Source: the human T2T-CHM13v2.0 reference genome, Homo sapiens | Assembly: GCF_009914755.1 (NCBI RefSeq) | Contig: NC_060926.1 | Reading direction: 5' to 3' (one strand) | DNA length: 64,000 nucleotides | Shown: piece after piece, positions 24,228 to 54,370 of the stretch | How the letters are laid out: every line of letters begins with the position of its first letter | Position numbering within the stretch: the first letter of the stretch is position 1 | Translations under genes and position numbers: made by a program | Notes under the pieces: model-generated | The model's input: only the letters and a program-made list of their open reading frames with translations | The model's database searches: none | Told to the model about the DNA's origin: nothing

Positions 24228-25389
24228 TCAACCATTGATGAGGGATGTGTGGGGATGGAGAATCACAGCTGCATCTTGGGAGTGGAGGGGCAGCAGCGAT
24301 TATCTGGGTGGGGCAGAGAGGAAGACAAAGCCCATAGGACCTGGAGAGAAAAGAGAGAACCCAAGACATTGGGAGAATTGGTCCATTTCTGGCTCTGCCT
24401 CATATCCCCAGTTCCAAGCTGAACTCACCAAGACTTTAAATCCATGTCACCTTTGGGATCAAAAGAACTGGCAAAATGCTCCAGGGAAGGTGAGAAGTGG
24501 GGAGGAGAGGAATAAGGAGGAAGGGAGGGTAGGATGGAGTTGGAGGAGGGGTTCGGGGGATAAGGGCTGAGATGGGAACAGGAATTGAGGGTGTTCTGGT
24601 GCTGAGCGCTCTTACCAATGAGAACTCCTCTGGGCTGTGTTTCACAGGCACTTCAGCGTTGAGAGGACCTGGGAGAGAGGAGCAGGGTCACCAAATGGTG
24701 GATACACCTTTCTCTGTCCCCAGCGTCTAACACTAAGTGCACTCTGACCCGGGTTTCTGTCTGAGCCCTGAGTTTTGCCCTCAGTCCTCCTTTAGCCAGG
24801 CGGAGGCCTGTGGTACAGATTTTTATTCTCCTAATCCTGATTCGGGGGTTCTGCAAGCATCCCAGTGTCCTGCCACTCTGGTTCCTCTGACCCCTTATTG
24901 CCCCTAGTGCTGATGTCCTCTAGCTCACCCTGGCCCAGACAGAGATACCTTATTATACCCAGCAGCAGAAGGAATGGGGCCAGCTGGTAAAAGCCTCTGG
25001 GAGACTGGGACTTTGTCTAAGGGGTGGCACCAGGTTCGCCGACCCCAATGGGAGCTGGGGGCCCCATTCCCTGAGTTCAGTTCCCCCCTGGCAGCATGTG
25101 CCTATGTCACAAAGGTCAGGTGCTGACATCATAGAATCTCCTCCTCGAAGCTCTGGGACCTTCTTCAAGAGACCATCCAAAGGCTGGCCCTTGATAACGC
25201 TGTGAAGCAGGCAGAATTCTTCAGTGCACTCAGTTTCTCCTTCAAGACCCAGCCCCCACCTCTACTCTTGGCCTATACACTTTACAGCTCCAACCACCTC
25301 CTTCATCCATTGCTCTCCCCACTAACACAGCCTGTCTGGGCTGAGTTCATGCACCACAACTTTCTCCCCCTTGGGATATACCTATTATA

Positions 25390-31480
<6,091 letters not shown>

Positions 31481-31716
31481 GAGGATTGCTTGAGTCAGAT
31501 TCTATCTCTGTTGCCCAGGGTGGAGTGCAGTGGCGCAATCATAGCTCACTGTAACCTGGAACTCCTGGGCTCAAGTGATCTTCCCCTCTGCCCCAACAGC
31601 CTCCTGAGAAGCTAGGATTACAGGCATGCACCACTGCACCTGGCTAATACAATTATCATTTGTGTAAATTTAAAATTTATTCATACAACAATGCACAGGC
31701 TTCAGTAACACATACT

Positions 31717-32097
31717 ACATTAGTTATCTATAGCTGCTTCCAAATTACCCCCAAACTTAAGCAGCAATAAACATTTATTATCTTCTATGGCTTCTATAAG
31801 TCAGGAATTCTACGGGCAAGAGCAATTTAGCTGGGTGATCTTGGCTCAGGGTCTCTCATGGGTTGCACTCAAACCGACAGCCAGGGCTGCAGTCATCTGG
31901 AGGTCCAACTGGAACTGGAGGATCCATTTCTGAGGTGGCTCACTCCCACGGTTGGCAAGTCGTGGTGGCTGTCAGTGAGAGGCCTCAGTTCCTCACAACA
32001 TGGGCCTCTCCACAGGGCTGCTTGGATATCCTCAAGATAGCAGCTGGCTTCCCCCAGAGTGAGCGATCCAAGAGGGAGCAAGGGGGTAACTGCACTG
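31717..32097 (-). mobile_element. MLT1-type LTR fragment
   Basis: CATTAGTTATCTATAGCTGC...CCCCAAACTTAAGCAGC...GGGCCTCTCCACAGGGCTGCTTG, typical of antisense MLT1. Confidence 0.7.
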
Positions 32098-32514
32098 TTT
32101 TTATTTTTTATTTTTTTTTGAGACAGTCTCACTTTGTCGCCCAGGCAGGAGTGCAGTGGCACGATCTCGGCCTACTGCAACCTCTACCTTCTGGGTTCAA
32201 GCGACTCCTGCCTCAACCTCCCGAGTATCTGGGACTATAGGCATGCATCACCATACCTGGATAATTTTTGGGGTTTTTTTTGTTGTTGTTTGTTTTTTAA
32301 GATGGAGTTTCGCTCTTCTGCCCAGTCTGGAGTGAAGTGGCGTGATCTCAGCTCATTGCAACCTCCGCCCCCGGGTTCAAGCAATTCTTCTGCCTCAGCC
32401 TCCCATGTAACTGGGATTATAGGCACCTGCCACCACACCTGGCTAATTTTTGTATTTTTAGTTGAGACAGGGTTTCGCCATGTTGGCCAGGCTAGTTTCG
32501 AACTCCTGACCTCA

Positions 32515-32613
<99 letters not shown>

Positions 32614-33193
32614 TCACATAAGCACATAAAACTTTACATTTCTATTTTTTATTTTTTGGTGTATTTTTTTACGTGGCTGGGGTCTTACTATATATATTGA
32701 TCTACAACTAGCTTTTTTCACAACTGTGTGTTTTGAAGAGTTTTTCATGTCATTTAACAAAGGGCTGTCATTATTTTTATTACTGTACATTATTTCATAG
32801 TATGGAGATGCCAAAATTTATTTAACGACTTCCCTACTGATGGACATGCAGGTTGTTTCTACTAACCTACCTACCTTTCTTTCTTTCTTTCTTTGCTTCC
32901 TTCCTTCCTTCCTTCCTTCTTTTTTCAAGACCGTGTCTCGCTCTGTCGCCCAGGCTGGAGTGCAGTGGCACGATCTTGGCTCACTACAAGCTCCACCTCC
33001 CAGGTTCATGCCATTGTCCTGCCTCAGCCCCCTGAGTAGCTGGGACCACAGGCACCCACCACCACGCCCGGCTAATTTTTTTGTATTTTTAGTAGAGATG
33101 GGGTTTCACCCATCTTAGCCAGGATGGTCTCAGTCTCCTGACCTCGTGATCTGCCCATCTCAGCCTCCCAAAGTGCTGGGATTACAGGTGTGA

Positions 33194-33520
<327 letters not shown>

Positions 33521-34780
33521 TGAGCCACCGCGCCCGGCCTCTTTTTCCCTTTCTCTGTGGTGGGCTGCATATCTTTCTCACTGTACATCCACCTTTTTAC
33601 TTTCTCCTTACTTATTTGATCTCCCCTGAGGTTCGAGAATGGGGGACAAGGGACATCAGGCTGGATTCTGCTACAGGCAGAGGTCCCTGGAAGACAGCAG
33701 GGGCTGCTGTGGCAGATTCGCGATTCCTTCAGCCCGCCTTCTCCTAACCAGCTCTTGGAGGATGTGATGCAACTCAGGAACACCATGGTCCTTGCCTTCA
33801 GAGACCTCATGTCTAGCATGGGGACAGACGCGTGAGTAACCCATGGGAGGCAGGCTAGCATCAGGTGAGGGGTAGCCTTCAAAGTCCAACTGACGGCTTG
33901 GATTTTCATCCCACCCCACCACTTAACGGATGTTTGACATTGGGCAAGTTATTTCACCTCCCAGTATACCAGTTCCCACACGTCTAAACTGAGTCTCTTT
34001 TTTTCTTAAAAGGTTGCTCTGAGAAATAAATAAGATGCTTAGCACAGTGCCTGGCACACAGTAATCTATGAATATCGAACTTCTGGGAAAGTAGCCAGGC
34101 TGTGATTGTACCAATCAAACAGGGACCCATGGGCTCTGGGCCTGCGGGATTTGAAGTCTTCACGAATGAAAGGCGGAGACCTGAAGGATGGGCAGTACCT
34201 CCTGGCAGAGCTGGAGGAAGGTATTCTGGGGCGTGGAAAGGTAAATTTAAACACAGAGTGGAAATCGGAGGCATATTTGGGGCATGGCAAATCGCGCTCT
34301 GTGGCTGGAAGGTCACGTTCATTGGCAAGGGGAGGAAAGGCCTTTCAGGGATGTATGCAGGCAGCCTTCTGGCACAGACGAAGGAGGTTCAAGTCCTCTC
34401 CATGGACGTGAGCTCCAAAGCGGAAGTCACAGGTCCACCATAGGACCACTGTTGAGGTTAGGCATGGCCGGAAAGGAGCTCCCTTCCCCACTATCCTCCT
34501 GCCTTCTTCAGCATGGGCCTCCTCCCAAGGCTTGGCCACTCCCAGCATCCAGCACCCCCACCTCTCAGCTGGGTTAGGAGGCAGGCGGAGGCTTTTCGCG
34601 GGGGCTGTGCCTGGTGGGCGGTTTTCCCAGAGCAGGGAGCAAACAGGACTGAGTTGGCGCCAGCTTCCTCGGATGTAGATATTGCTGGCTGGATGACCAG
34701 CCACAGCCAGCTAGCTTGAGTCCAAGGCCTCCTCAGGCACTGTGTTTCTGCTCTGTGGGCTGCAGCCCCAGTGGGGTGGC

Positions 34781-37700
34781 ATGTCACAGAGGAAGGCCAG
34801 AGGGCCACCAGCCATGCCAGGGGTGGGGCATAGCCAGACTCAGGCCAAAGCACGGTTGCTGCCAGGCGCTGACAGGAAGAGGAGCCGCCTCAGCAGGACA
34901 AGGCAGGACCCGTGGGAAGAAAGAAGCTGGAGCAACCAGAGATGGAGCAGAGCTACCCCTGGCCCTCGAGGGACCAGGGCTGGGGGCCTGGCTCTTGGCA
35001 GGGTAAGGAAATCCTGCACCTGCAGAGGGGTCCAGGGGAGGAAGGGGTTGGAAGGTGGGGAGATGTCACCTCTGATGGTACAGCCTCACTCAGTATTACC
35101 ATTCCTGCCCAAGAGAGGGGACACTGGCCCCTTAGACTCCAAGGCATCATGCTTTGGGTAGTTGGGATAGATCAGAGCTGGTCTTAACCAGAGTGCAGCT
35201 CAGAGAGCTGCACTAACTCACTTCTCTTGAGGAAACTGAGGCCGGGAAGAGGGATGTGAATTTCCCAAGGTCACTGAGCAGCAGCCAGTGGTAGGACTGG
35301 GACTTCAGCCTGTGTGCTTTGACCCCTGGTTCTGTGTCTTTCCTCTTTCCCACAGCAGCCTCGTCGTCTCAGGACCTGGCTAGGTCAAGGGTCCGCCCTC
35401 CCAAACAGGGTGTAGCTCTGAACTCCCCCTGGCCCCAGCACACCCTGATAAGCAGGATTCAGATTGGGCATGGGACAGGACAAAGGCTCTGAGGAGGCAT
35501 GAGTGGAGTAGTAGAGAGAACACAGGACTCTGGGTTCTGAGCCAAGCTCTGCCATCCTGCAGCCATCTGACCCCTGGCCAGGCCTTCCCCCAACTTCCTC
35601 AGCTGTGAAACGCGGCAGGGCTGCAGATGACGTAGGTGGGCAGAGGCCCTCTGGTGCCTACTGCTAGACACCCTTCTACTCTGGTGGGAGACCTTGTGCT
35701 CAAACGCTCTCAGAAGTCAGGGCAGTTGGGAGTCCAGGTCACACACACTCACTGGGGCCCTCTGTGCAGAGCGAGGCCAGTCCTGAGAATGCCGCGCGGG
35801 AGCGGAGCCGGGTCAGGACGCTGCGCCAGGCCTTCTTGGCCTTGCAGGCTGCTCTGCCTGCCGTGCCGCCCGACACCAAGCTCTCCAAGTTGGACGTGCT
35901 GGTGCTCGCCGCCAGCTACATAGCCCACCTCACCCGCACACTCGGCCACGAGTTGCCTGGCCCTGCCTGGCCGCCCTTCCTGCGTGGACTCCGCTACTTG
36001 CACCCTCTCAAGGTAAGTCACAAGCCCTGGGACTTGAGAGGCGGATCTTAATGCCCAGGGCCTTGGAGAAAGGGATTGGAATGAGGGGGGACATTGGACT
36101 TGGGCCCCCTGCCCTGTGCAGAACTGACGTCGGAGCCAATTTCTCCTGCTGTCTCAGAGGGAGAGGAGCCAAGGCTGACCCTTGGGGCTGCGCTGACCCT
36201 GGGTTTCTCATGGGAGTGTGGCTGGAAATGGCTTCATGGGAATGCACCTCCTTGAAGAGGAGGGAAAGACTCTGGGGTTCTTAGAGTCACAGGGAAAAAT
36301 GTAGCAGGTTCCAAGTCTGGGGCCTGGGAAAGGAAATTATACCAAGGAGAGTCCTAGATCCCCATGCAGCTTCAGCCCATTGTGCCTGCCTTGGTGCTTT
36401 CTAGGCTTCTGTTGCAAGAGAGGTCTGTCCTCCAGGAGAACAACGGTCCGAGGGACCGTCATTCTAGAAGCAACCAAGCTGGGGGAGTTAGCAGGCAGCA
36501 GTACAGGGAAGGCGCGCGCCACTTGCCAGACTGCAATCTAGCTTTTCTCAACCTCAGTTTTATTACACGTAAAATAGAAGCTAACATGAGCCTTACTTCT
36601 CTTCCAGAGTACAAAATGGAAAGTCTAATGAACATTAATCATCTTTGCAATAACAGCTAACAGTTGAGTGCTAAAGATAGGCCAGGAGCTGGGTTAAGTA
36701 CGTTAGTGTATTTTTGTCTTTTAATCCATGCAAAAACCAAATGAGGATTACTTTACAGATGAGGAAACTGAAGCTTAGGGAGGTTATAAGGCTGAAAGCG
36801 GTTTGAACTCAGGGGTGTCTGACTTCAGACCCTAAGCTCATAGCCACTAAACAGTCTCCAGGGACAGCGCCATAAGGAGCTGGTTGAAGAGTGCACTGTG
36901 TTAAAAAGGAAGGGTCATCTTTGCCCTCTGAGGATAACATTGCAGTGGTATCAACTTTTTTATTTTATTATTTATTTATATATGTACTATTATTTTTTTG
37001 AGACAGAGTTTCACTCTGTCGCCCAGGCTGGAGTGCAGTGGCGCAATCTTGGCTCACTGCAACCTCCACCTCCCGGTTCAAGTGATTCTCCTCCCTCAGC
37101 CTCCCGAGTAGGTGGGATTATAGGCGTGCACCACCATGCCCGGCTAATTTTTCTATTTTTAGTAGAGATAGGGTTTCACCACTTTGGCCAGGTTGGTATC
37201 AAACTCCCGACCTCAGATGATCCACCCACTACGGCCTCCCAAAGTGCTGGGATTACAGGTGTGAGCCACCACACCCAACTATTTATTTATTTACTTATTG
37301 TTGAGACAGGGTCTCACTGTCGCCCATGCTGGAGTGCAGTAGCGCAATCATAGCTTACTGTACCCTCAAACTCCTGGGCTCAAGGAATCCTCCCACCTCA
37401 GCTTCCCCAGTAGCTGGGACTACAGCCTTATGCCACCACACCTGGCTTTTTTTTTTCTTTTTTTTTTTGTAGAGACGGGGTCTCACTTTGTTCCACAGGC
37501 TTGTCTCAAACTCTAAGCTCAAGTGATCCTCTCACCTCTCAACTTTATTTTTATGATACTTTTCACCACCTCTTTCCCCTAAATGTCATAGTTCTGAAAT
37601 GTCTTAAAACTTGGTTTTTTTCTTCAATGCAAATGTAGCTAAAATGTATAAATTTGAGACTAAGTGGGGAACTCTGAAATGTCAGTGGTGGTGCAGGGTC

Positions 37701-38514
37701 CTGGGATGATATAGTAGTTTCCTTCGCTGTAAAATAGTGACCAAGGCAAGGCCCTTGCTTGTAGTAGGTGATCAACAGCTATGCTGAAGAATGAACCAAT
37801 GAGGGCCCGGTTAGGTCCAGCACTCCAGCACATCCACAGGGTGGGGCAGTTGGCCAGGAAGCAGCTCCCTCAGCTCCCAGGTGGAGAGGTTGTGAACAGG
37901 AGGGCGACCTCAGGGCAATCAACCTGGTGTATTCTGGGACTGCTCATGCTCCTGCTGGAAAGATGGGCAATCCTTGGAGGACCCAGCTTGGAGTTTTTCC
38001 TGGCTCTGCTGCTCTGCCCATTGCTCAGCCTCTGGCTGTTGCCAGCTCTGCCCAGGCCAGCTGATCTTCTGTCCACCTCCCTCCCAACAGAGCGCTGCTC
38101 TTCTTGGGGCCCTCTCCCTCCTCAGATGGCTCCTCCTGTGTCTCTCATCCAGGCTCTGGGTGATCAGGAGAATGTGTGGGGCTGTACATGATGATGACCC
38201 TGATCAGAGCAGTGATGGCTGGGGAAGGTGTCAGGGAGGGATGCTGGAGAAGGCTGGGTTTTGGGTGTCAAGGATCCTGGACCACGAAGGGCTGCAATAG
38301 CAGCATTTCTCACTTCCCAATCTGTGTCTTGCAGAAGTGGCCGATGCGATCTCGTCTCTATGCTGGAGGCCTGGGGTACTCCGATCTTGACTCCACCACA
38401 GCCAGCACCCCCAGCCAAAGAACAAGAGATGCAGAGGTGGGGTCCCAAGTCCCTGGAGAGGCAGATGCTCTCCTTTCCACCACACCACTCTCACCAGCTC
38501 TTGGTGACAAATAA
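34781..38514 (+). CDS. TCF23: Transcription factor 23 (bHLH, OUT), 214 aa. Coding exons 34781-35002, 35770-36012, 38335-38514
   Basis: Phase-0 GT-AG introns; 645 nt = 214 aa + TAA. b[55 protein letters not shown] and the TCF23/24 motif [15 protein letters not shown]. Confidence 0.97.
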
Positions 38515-41109
38515 TTATCACACTCGCCCTTTTCTCCTAGACTGTGACTCATGCTTATGGGCCTGGATTTTCTACCAGCCCCCAGATTCTCAGCCATCAG
38601 ACTTGACTCAGACTCAGCTCCCAAGTTCCAGCATGCAGACCAAGAGAAGCAGTAGCACTTCTGTGATGGACAGTACCTAGAGGGGCACAGGTTGGAGAGC
38701 CTCCTCCTTGGTCCCCAGGAGGGGACTTCCCCATGGCTCTTCTGTGACAGCTACTGGGAAGTGGGAGAGAAAGAGGTATAATTGGGCTCAAAGTTGAGGT
38801 AGGGAACCACCCTAGCTTTCTTCCCCTAAGGTTTCTACAAACCCTCTGCAGATAGCAAAAAGGCAGGTGCAGAGGGAGGGGCCTGGGATGGCACCAGCCC
38901 CAGGTGCTGATGGGAAAGCCAGGTGGCCGGATAGGCTCCTGGTAGCTCCAAGTGTAAACAGATCTGGGCTGGGTCACACAGCCAGAGGGGAAACTGAAGA
39001 AGGAAATGTGCTTTCTAACTGCATCATGAGATGCTTACCTGATGTTAGAGAGATAGTGAGGAATTCAGGATTCCTCCCTCTGTAGTATGGGCCTTTCCAG
39101 AAGCTGCCCCTCACCACTACATTTTCTCTCCCTCTCGGCTCCTGCACTCTTCCACTCTTTTCTTTTCTTTTCTTTTCTTTTCTTTTCGTTTCTTCTTCTT
39201 TTTATGTAGAGATGGGGGTCTTGATATGTTGCCCAGGCTGGCCTCGAACCCCTGGCCTCAAGTGATCCTCCCACCTCAGCCTCCTAAAGTGCTGGGATTA
39301 CAGGCATGAGCCACCATGCCCAACCCCACTGTTTTCTTGACATGAGTTATATCTACAGGTTAAGCCATACATCTTGCATTGCTTACATTCCAGTTTCCAG
39401 AGAAACTTTTAGATAGTCCCAGATGCCTAGTTTGAGATCTTAACCAGAAGCAATTCTACCTTAATTGAACCAAGCAGCAACTTATGGCCTTAAATATGAA
39501 GGATATTGACAGAATCAATTACATCCTTGAAGGACCTTAAGAGAAGATCAGGTATATAGGGGGTGATCATTACAGTCTTCTCTTTCCATTATGTTAGAAA
39601 CCTGCCCTCAAGCAAAAACAAGATAGGCCTGCCTTCAACTGCTCAACCACTCAATTGGCTCCTTGTAAAATTTGTGTTCGAGGCTTCCCTGGCTCTGGAG
39701 TTATTTCTATAGTCTATTAGCTCCCTAGGGCCGGCTCCGCCTCATGGAGATCGTCCTTGGGGGCTTTCTCTAAGTCCTGCCATGGGGTGCCAGAAATGTG
39801 ATATAGCTTCGGTGAAACTCATCTCTGGCCCTAAAGAAATAACTTGAGGACTAATCATAGAATCTACACACACTGAAAATAACTTTCCAGATCGGATGTA
39901 GCCTCAAACCTGGCACCTGAAGTCCAGATGGAACAAATTACCTTTCGGTTAAATTTCAGCCCTTCAGAGTGGGAGGGGACGGGCATGACCAACTAGAGTC
40001 CCAACAAGGTTATCCTTAGACACACACCATTGTTGTTATCATGAATGTAAGTGAGCTCTGGGCAGGCTGGGAATGGTTGGGGTCTGGGTTCTGGCATGAC
40101 AGGACCCTGTACCTCCACAGGGCTGGCCAGGGCAGAGCTGAAATAGGGCTGGGGGTGCGACTGAGCCAGTTGTGGTAGAGGTAGAAAAAGAGACACAGAA
40201 CATCCCAGCCCCGAGCTGCCTGGGATGTGGGAGAACAGCTGGAATGTGGATGGGAGCCATGGGGAGAAGGCCTCGGCCAAGGCTGAACTCGTAAATCTGC
40301 CTTGAACCACGTCTCTGCAGAGGGACCCTGAAGAGCTTGTGCAGAGCTGATGTGGGCAGCTGGACAGGGCCAGGCAGGGGCAGAGGCCAGGTGTGGGAGG
40401 GCATGAGCACAGTGTTCTTCACAAGACCATAAAAGTCCAGCTAGAATGTACTATTTTTAAAGCCAAACAGCAGTATCTTCCTGGTTGAGTTCACGGGAGT
40501 GCTAGGAAGAGAAGCAGATACATTTCCTCCTCAGTTGGTGGCACACTTTCCTGGGGATGAAGGGAAATTGGCTTGGGGTGTGTGTCGGGGTCCTCTGGAT
40601 AGCATGGAGCTTCTCCTGATAATAGAGTAGACTTTGGGTTGGAGCTTGCCCCACCCTGTCCTGCTCAGACTCAGGCCTTTGCCTAGTAACATTAGAGCCC
40701 TCAGGGGTGACCGCATGGCCCTGGTGTAGACAAGGAGGGCACAGGAAGGATGACGCAGGTGGAGGGCTGCAGGAGGCAGGTCCCATCGCTACAAGTTTCT
40801 CAGGGTGTCTTGGGCCCTTTCCAGGCAAAGCTGTTCTCCTTTGTGCCCAGGACAGTCGAGGGGGGTGGGGCAGAGGCCATCTCCTCCAGCCACAGAGACC
40901 CAGCCCCGTCAGGCCAGCAAGCAAAGGGGCCTGGCAGGGGGCAGGGTGAGCCAAGGGAAGGCCTAGGGGATGGATGGGAATAACCAGAGGATGGACTGGG
41001 CCCTCCCTCCCTGACAAGCACAGTAATGCCCTTGAGACATGTCAGGACTTGGATGCGTGAATGAACCAGAAGTAACCCGCTTTGTCTCTGCAATGAGAAA
41101 GAAAAACAC

Positions 41110-42336
<1,227 letters not shown>

Positions 42337-42542
42337 TGGCCCAGTGATTTCTAAGTAATACAGTGGACACTGGATTTTACCAAATTGGGAACTAGAGAAG
42401 TAGAGGATCTAGCCTTCTCTGAGACTCCTTTTCTCTTCCTCTGGGAGGAGCCTGGCTAGGGTGAGTCAGATGGCACTGTCCTCTCCCTTTTGTGGCATGA
42501 GCCCTAAACCCAGGGCCCCTAAAAGCTTATTCTATTCTAGAT

Positions 42543-44070
<1,528 letters not shown>

Positions 44071-44174
44071 GAATAGCTTGTCGAGGAAAGCCCCTGGCCT
44101 GCCCGCCGGCTCATCCCCGTACTGAGGCAGCTCTACTCCACCCAGAGACAGAGGACTTGGGTTGAGGGGGAGCA

Positions 44175-44879
<705 letters not shown>

Positions 44880-45806
44880 CCGAAGGCAGAGGTGCTTCTG
44901 AGTCTCTGGGTGGAACCATCCACAGCAGCGGGCCCCATGTCCTCCCTTGGGCCCCAGAGGCCCCAGCCCCCACCCACCTCCTACATCCCAGCAGAAAAGC
45001 CTGACAGCTACGGACACCCAAGAGCTCAGAGGGCAGGAGCCTTTCCCCCCAGGCGGTAGAGTCCCTTAGGGCCCTCTTCCAGCCCATCGGTGGGTGGTCG
45101 TCTGCACTGCAATCCCACACCCTCACCCACACCCTCATTGGTGAGCTGATTCCAGGTCCTCCGACCCCCACAGGGCTGCCTGTCAGCTGCAGCTCCACAG
45201 GCCCTGGCTGGCAAGTGGCCTCCAAAAAACTGCCACCTTCCCAGCTTTGTGGATGGTCAGCCCCAGGGTGAGTATCTCTGGCCTCTTAGTAAACTCTGGG
45301 TTTCCTACTTTCCCTACTTCCCCCACCTCTGTGCTCCAGGCTGCCTTGGGAATGTGGTAGGCGCCTCCCCTCTCCCGGGTTCTACCTCCCACACTTTGCC
45401 AAAGGAGAGAAAGTTTGATCCCCAACACAGCAAGAGGGTCAGCTGCTGAGCAGCAAAACAGAGGGCAAGGGCCCACTCCAGGGTTCAGAGTAACCCCAGG
45501 AGATACTCAAAAGAGGTAGGAACTGAGCACTAAGATGTTGGGGAGAGAAGAGGGAACTAAGAGCCTCTGCCATTAAATACGCCAGAAGTTACGTAGGGCC
45601 AAAGACAATTGCTTTTTCTTTAACCTCGGAAAATTTACCAAAAAGTATGATCCAGTAATCAGAATAGAAACAACCCTCCACATTGATGATGGTGGAAGCA
45701 GAAAAACAAGTTGAGTAAATCGAGTCGGCCTAAATCACTTGACAGTTGTATCATGCTTTAGCGCCTCAGCAGCTCTGGGTCCAGGCCCAGTTGGATGAAA
45801 ATGGAT

Positions 45807-46182
45807 TGTATTAGTCTGTACTCATGCTGCTAATAAAGACATACCCGAGACTGGGTAATTTAATAAGGAAAGAGGTTTAATTGACTCACAGTTCCACAGG
45901 GCCGGGAAGGCCTCGGGAAACTTACAACCATGTCGGAAGGGGAAGCAAACACGTCCTTCTTCACATGGTGGCAACAAGGAAAAGTGCAGAGCAAAAGCGG
46001 GAAAGCCCCTTATAAAACCATCAGCTCTCAGGAGAACTCACTCACTATCACAAGAACAGACTGAGGGTAAACACCTCCATGATTAAATTACCTCCTGCTG
46101 GATCCCTCCCATGACACGAGGGGATTATGGGAACTACAATTGAGGATGATATTTGGGTGGGGACACAGCAAAACCACGTCAC
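45807..46182 (-). mobile_element. THE1/MST solo LTR
   Basis: TGTATTAGTCTGTACTCATGCTGCTAATAAAGACATACCCGAGACTGGG...TGGGTGGGGACACAGCAAAACCACGTCA. Confidence 0.85.
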
Positions 46183-46287
46183 AGATTCTGTGTCACATAT
46201 CAGCTAACTGCATGATGCTGGCTGGGCCCCTGGAGCTCCGGGGTCCTTGAGAAGGAACAGGTACATTCTTTTTTTTTTTTTTTTTGA

Positions 46288-46392
<105 letters not shown>

Positions 46393-46594
46393 TGAGTAGC
46401 TGGGATTACAGGTGCCCACCACCATGCCTGGCTAATTCTTTTCTTTTTTTTTTTTTTTCGAGATGGAGTTTTGCTCTTGTTGCCCAGGCACAATCTCGGC
46501 TCACCACAACCTCTGCCTCACAGGTTCAAGCGATTCTCCTACCTCAGCCTCTGAGTAGCTGGGATTACAGAGATGAGCCACCACGCCTGGCTAA

Positions 46595-46843
<249 letters not shown>

Positions 46844-47789
46844 TGAGCCACTGCACCTGGCCCTTTTTTTCTTTTTTCTTTTTTTTTTTTTAAGAGATGG
46901 GGGTCTCACTATGTTGCCCAGGCTAGCTTAAAACTCCTAGGCTCAAGCAATTCTCCTGCCTTCCAAAAACAGAGTAGCTGAGACTATAGGCCTGTGCCAC
47001 CATGCTTGGCTTAATGTTGAAATATCCTCTTTGGCTTCTTTATGAGAACCTTTTCTGCTTAAATTTACATCCCAAGGCATGGAGATCATCTAGTCTGAAG
47101 GAACTCATAGCTCTTCCTAAATTGCAACATTGTGAATAAAAAGTCTTAATAGAAGAGTATTGGTAAGGTTACTCAGTTCTCTCAAAGCCTTTATTTTTCC
47201 CAATTTGACATAGTTCTGGGCGATGGTCGCATCACCTAATGCAATAATTGCCATTCTTTCTGTGGAGCTTTCATTCAATTTGTGCTCAGTTATGGCAACC
47301 ATGAAATCTATAGGTGTTTCCCCAGAGACAGTCTAAGCAGACATGAAGAAACAGAGCAGGAAAGAGAACACTCAGGGTTTGTAAAGCACACTTGACCAAC
47401 TGCTGGAGTAAAAATGACTTTTGCACAAATGACATTTCATTTTTGTGTGTGTTTTTATTTTTTTATTTTTTTTGGTTTTGAGACATGGTCTCCTTTTGTT
47501 GCCCAGGCTGGAGTGGAGTGGCATTATCTCAGCCCACTGCAGCCTTGACCTCCCAGGCTCAAGTGATACTCCCACTTCCTCAGCCTCCTGAGTAGCTGGG
47601 ACTACAGGTGTGTGCCACCACTCCTGCCTATTTTTTTTTTCAATTTTTTGTAGAAACGGGGTCTAACTATGTTGCCTAGGCTGGTCTCAAACTCTAAGAC
47701 TCAAGTGATCCTCCCTCCTCAGCTCCCAAAGTGCTGAGATTACAGGCGTGAGCCACCACTCCTGGCCTACAAATGACATTTTTTTTTTG

Positions 47790-53050
<5,261 letters not shown>

Positions 53051-53590
53051 GACACTATGGTAGACTAGATGTTCAGAGAAACTCTCCTGGTACAGAAACT
53101 CAAAATGATGGCTAAAATCGTAAAAACATATTCTTAAAAGTATTGCTTGCCTGGCAGAAAAGTAAGGGAAAAGAATAAGAGAAAGAATAAGGAAGCATGT
53201 AGCCAAAAATGGTAAGCCAGCACTCAAGTCAGTGCTGCCTTTGCAATATCTGCAAATTCCTGGTGCCCAAGGCCTGGGTCTTACGGGCCACACCTGGGGA
53301 CAGGAGACAACACCTAGGGCCCATTCGAAATGGGAAGTTGGATCAGAGACTCTGTCACAAAGTTGGGATCCTCAAAAGGCAACACCCTCAGTAAGGATGT
53401 TTTGTTGTGGGGGAGGCCAAAATTTTAAAGTGGTCACGATTTAGTAGTGTTTCCTGGCACAAGCAGGTGCAAACCTTCTCTGGAGGAACACGTTTTAAAT
53501 TCATGCAGTGGCCAGGCACGGCCACTCACACCTGTAATTCCAGCACTTTGGGAGGCTGAAACAGACCGATGGCTTGAGCCCAGGAGTCTA

Positions 53591-53884
<294 letters not shown>

Positions 53885-54148
53885 TCAGAAGGAGGCATGT
53901 CACTCTAAATGAGCAATAGCCGTACCATTGAACTCTAGAATCACACTTGAGAGGATTGCAAATCATGTAATGTTTAGGCATAGAATATACAGTAAAGATG
54001 TTTAATAGGTTTAAGGAAAGAAAGAGAATTCTGAAAAGACAATGCAGGAATAAGAGGCTGTCAAAAATAACCAGGCAGAATTGGGAAAAAATAGAATTTC
54101 TAGAAATTAAAAATATGATATTTTAATTAGAGACTCAGTGGATGATTA

Positions 54149-54370
<222 letters not shown>

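Noticed and set aside
37781-38191. 136-aa Leu-rich ORF in TCF23 intron 2
   Set aside because: No recognisable homology in the frames examined; its start overlaps a probable L2 3' remnant.
45160-45200. CCCACAGGGCTGC resembling the start of the preceding SLC5A6 exon
   Set aside because: Wrong strand, and the match does not extend.
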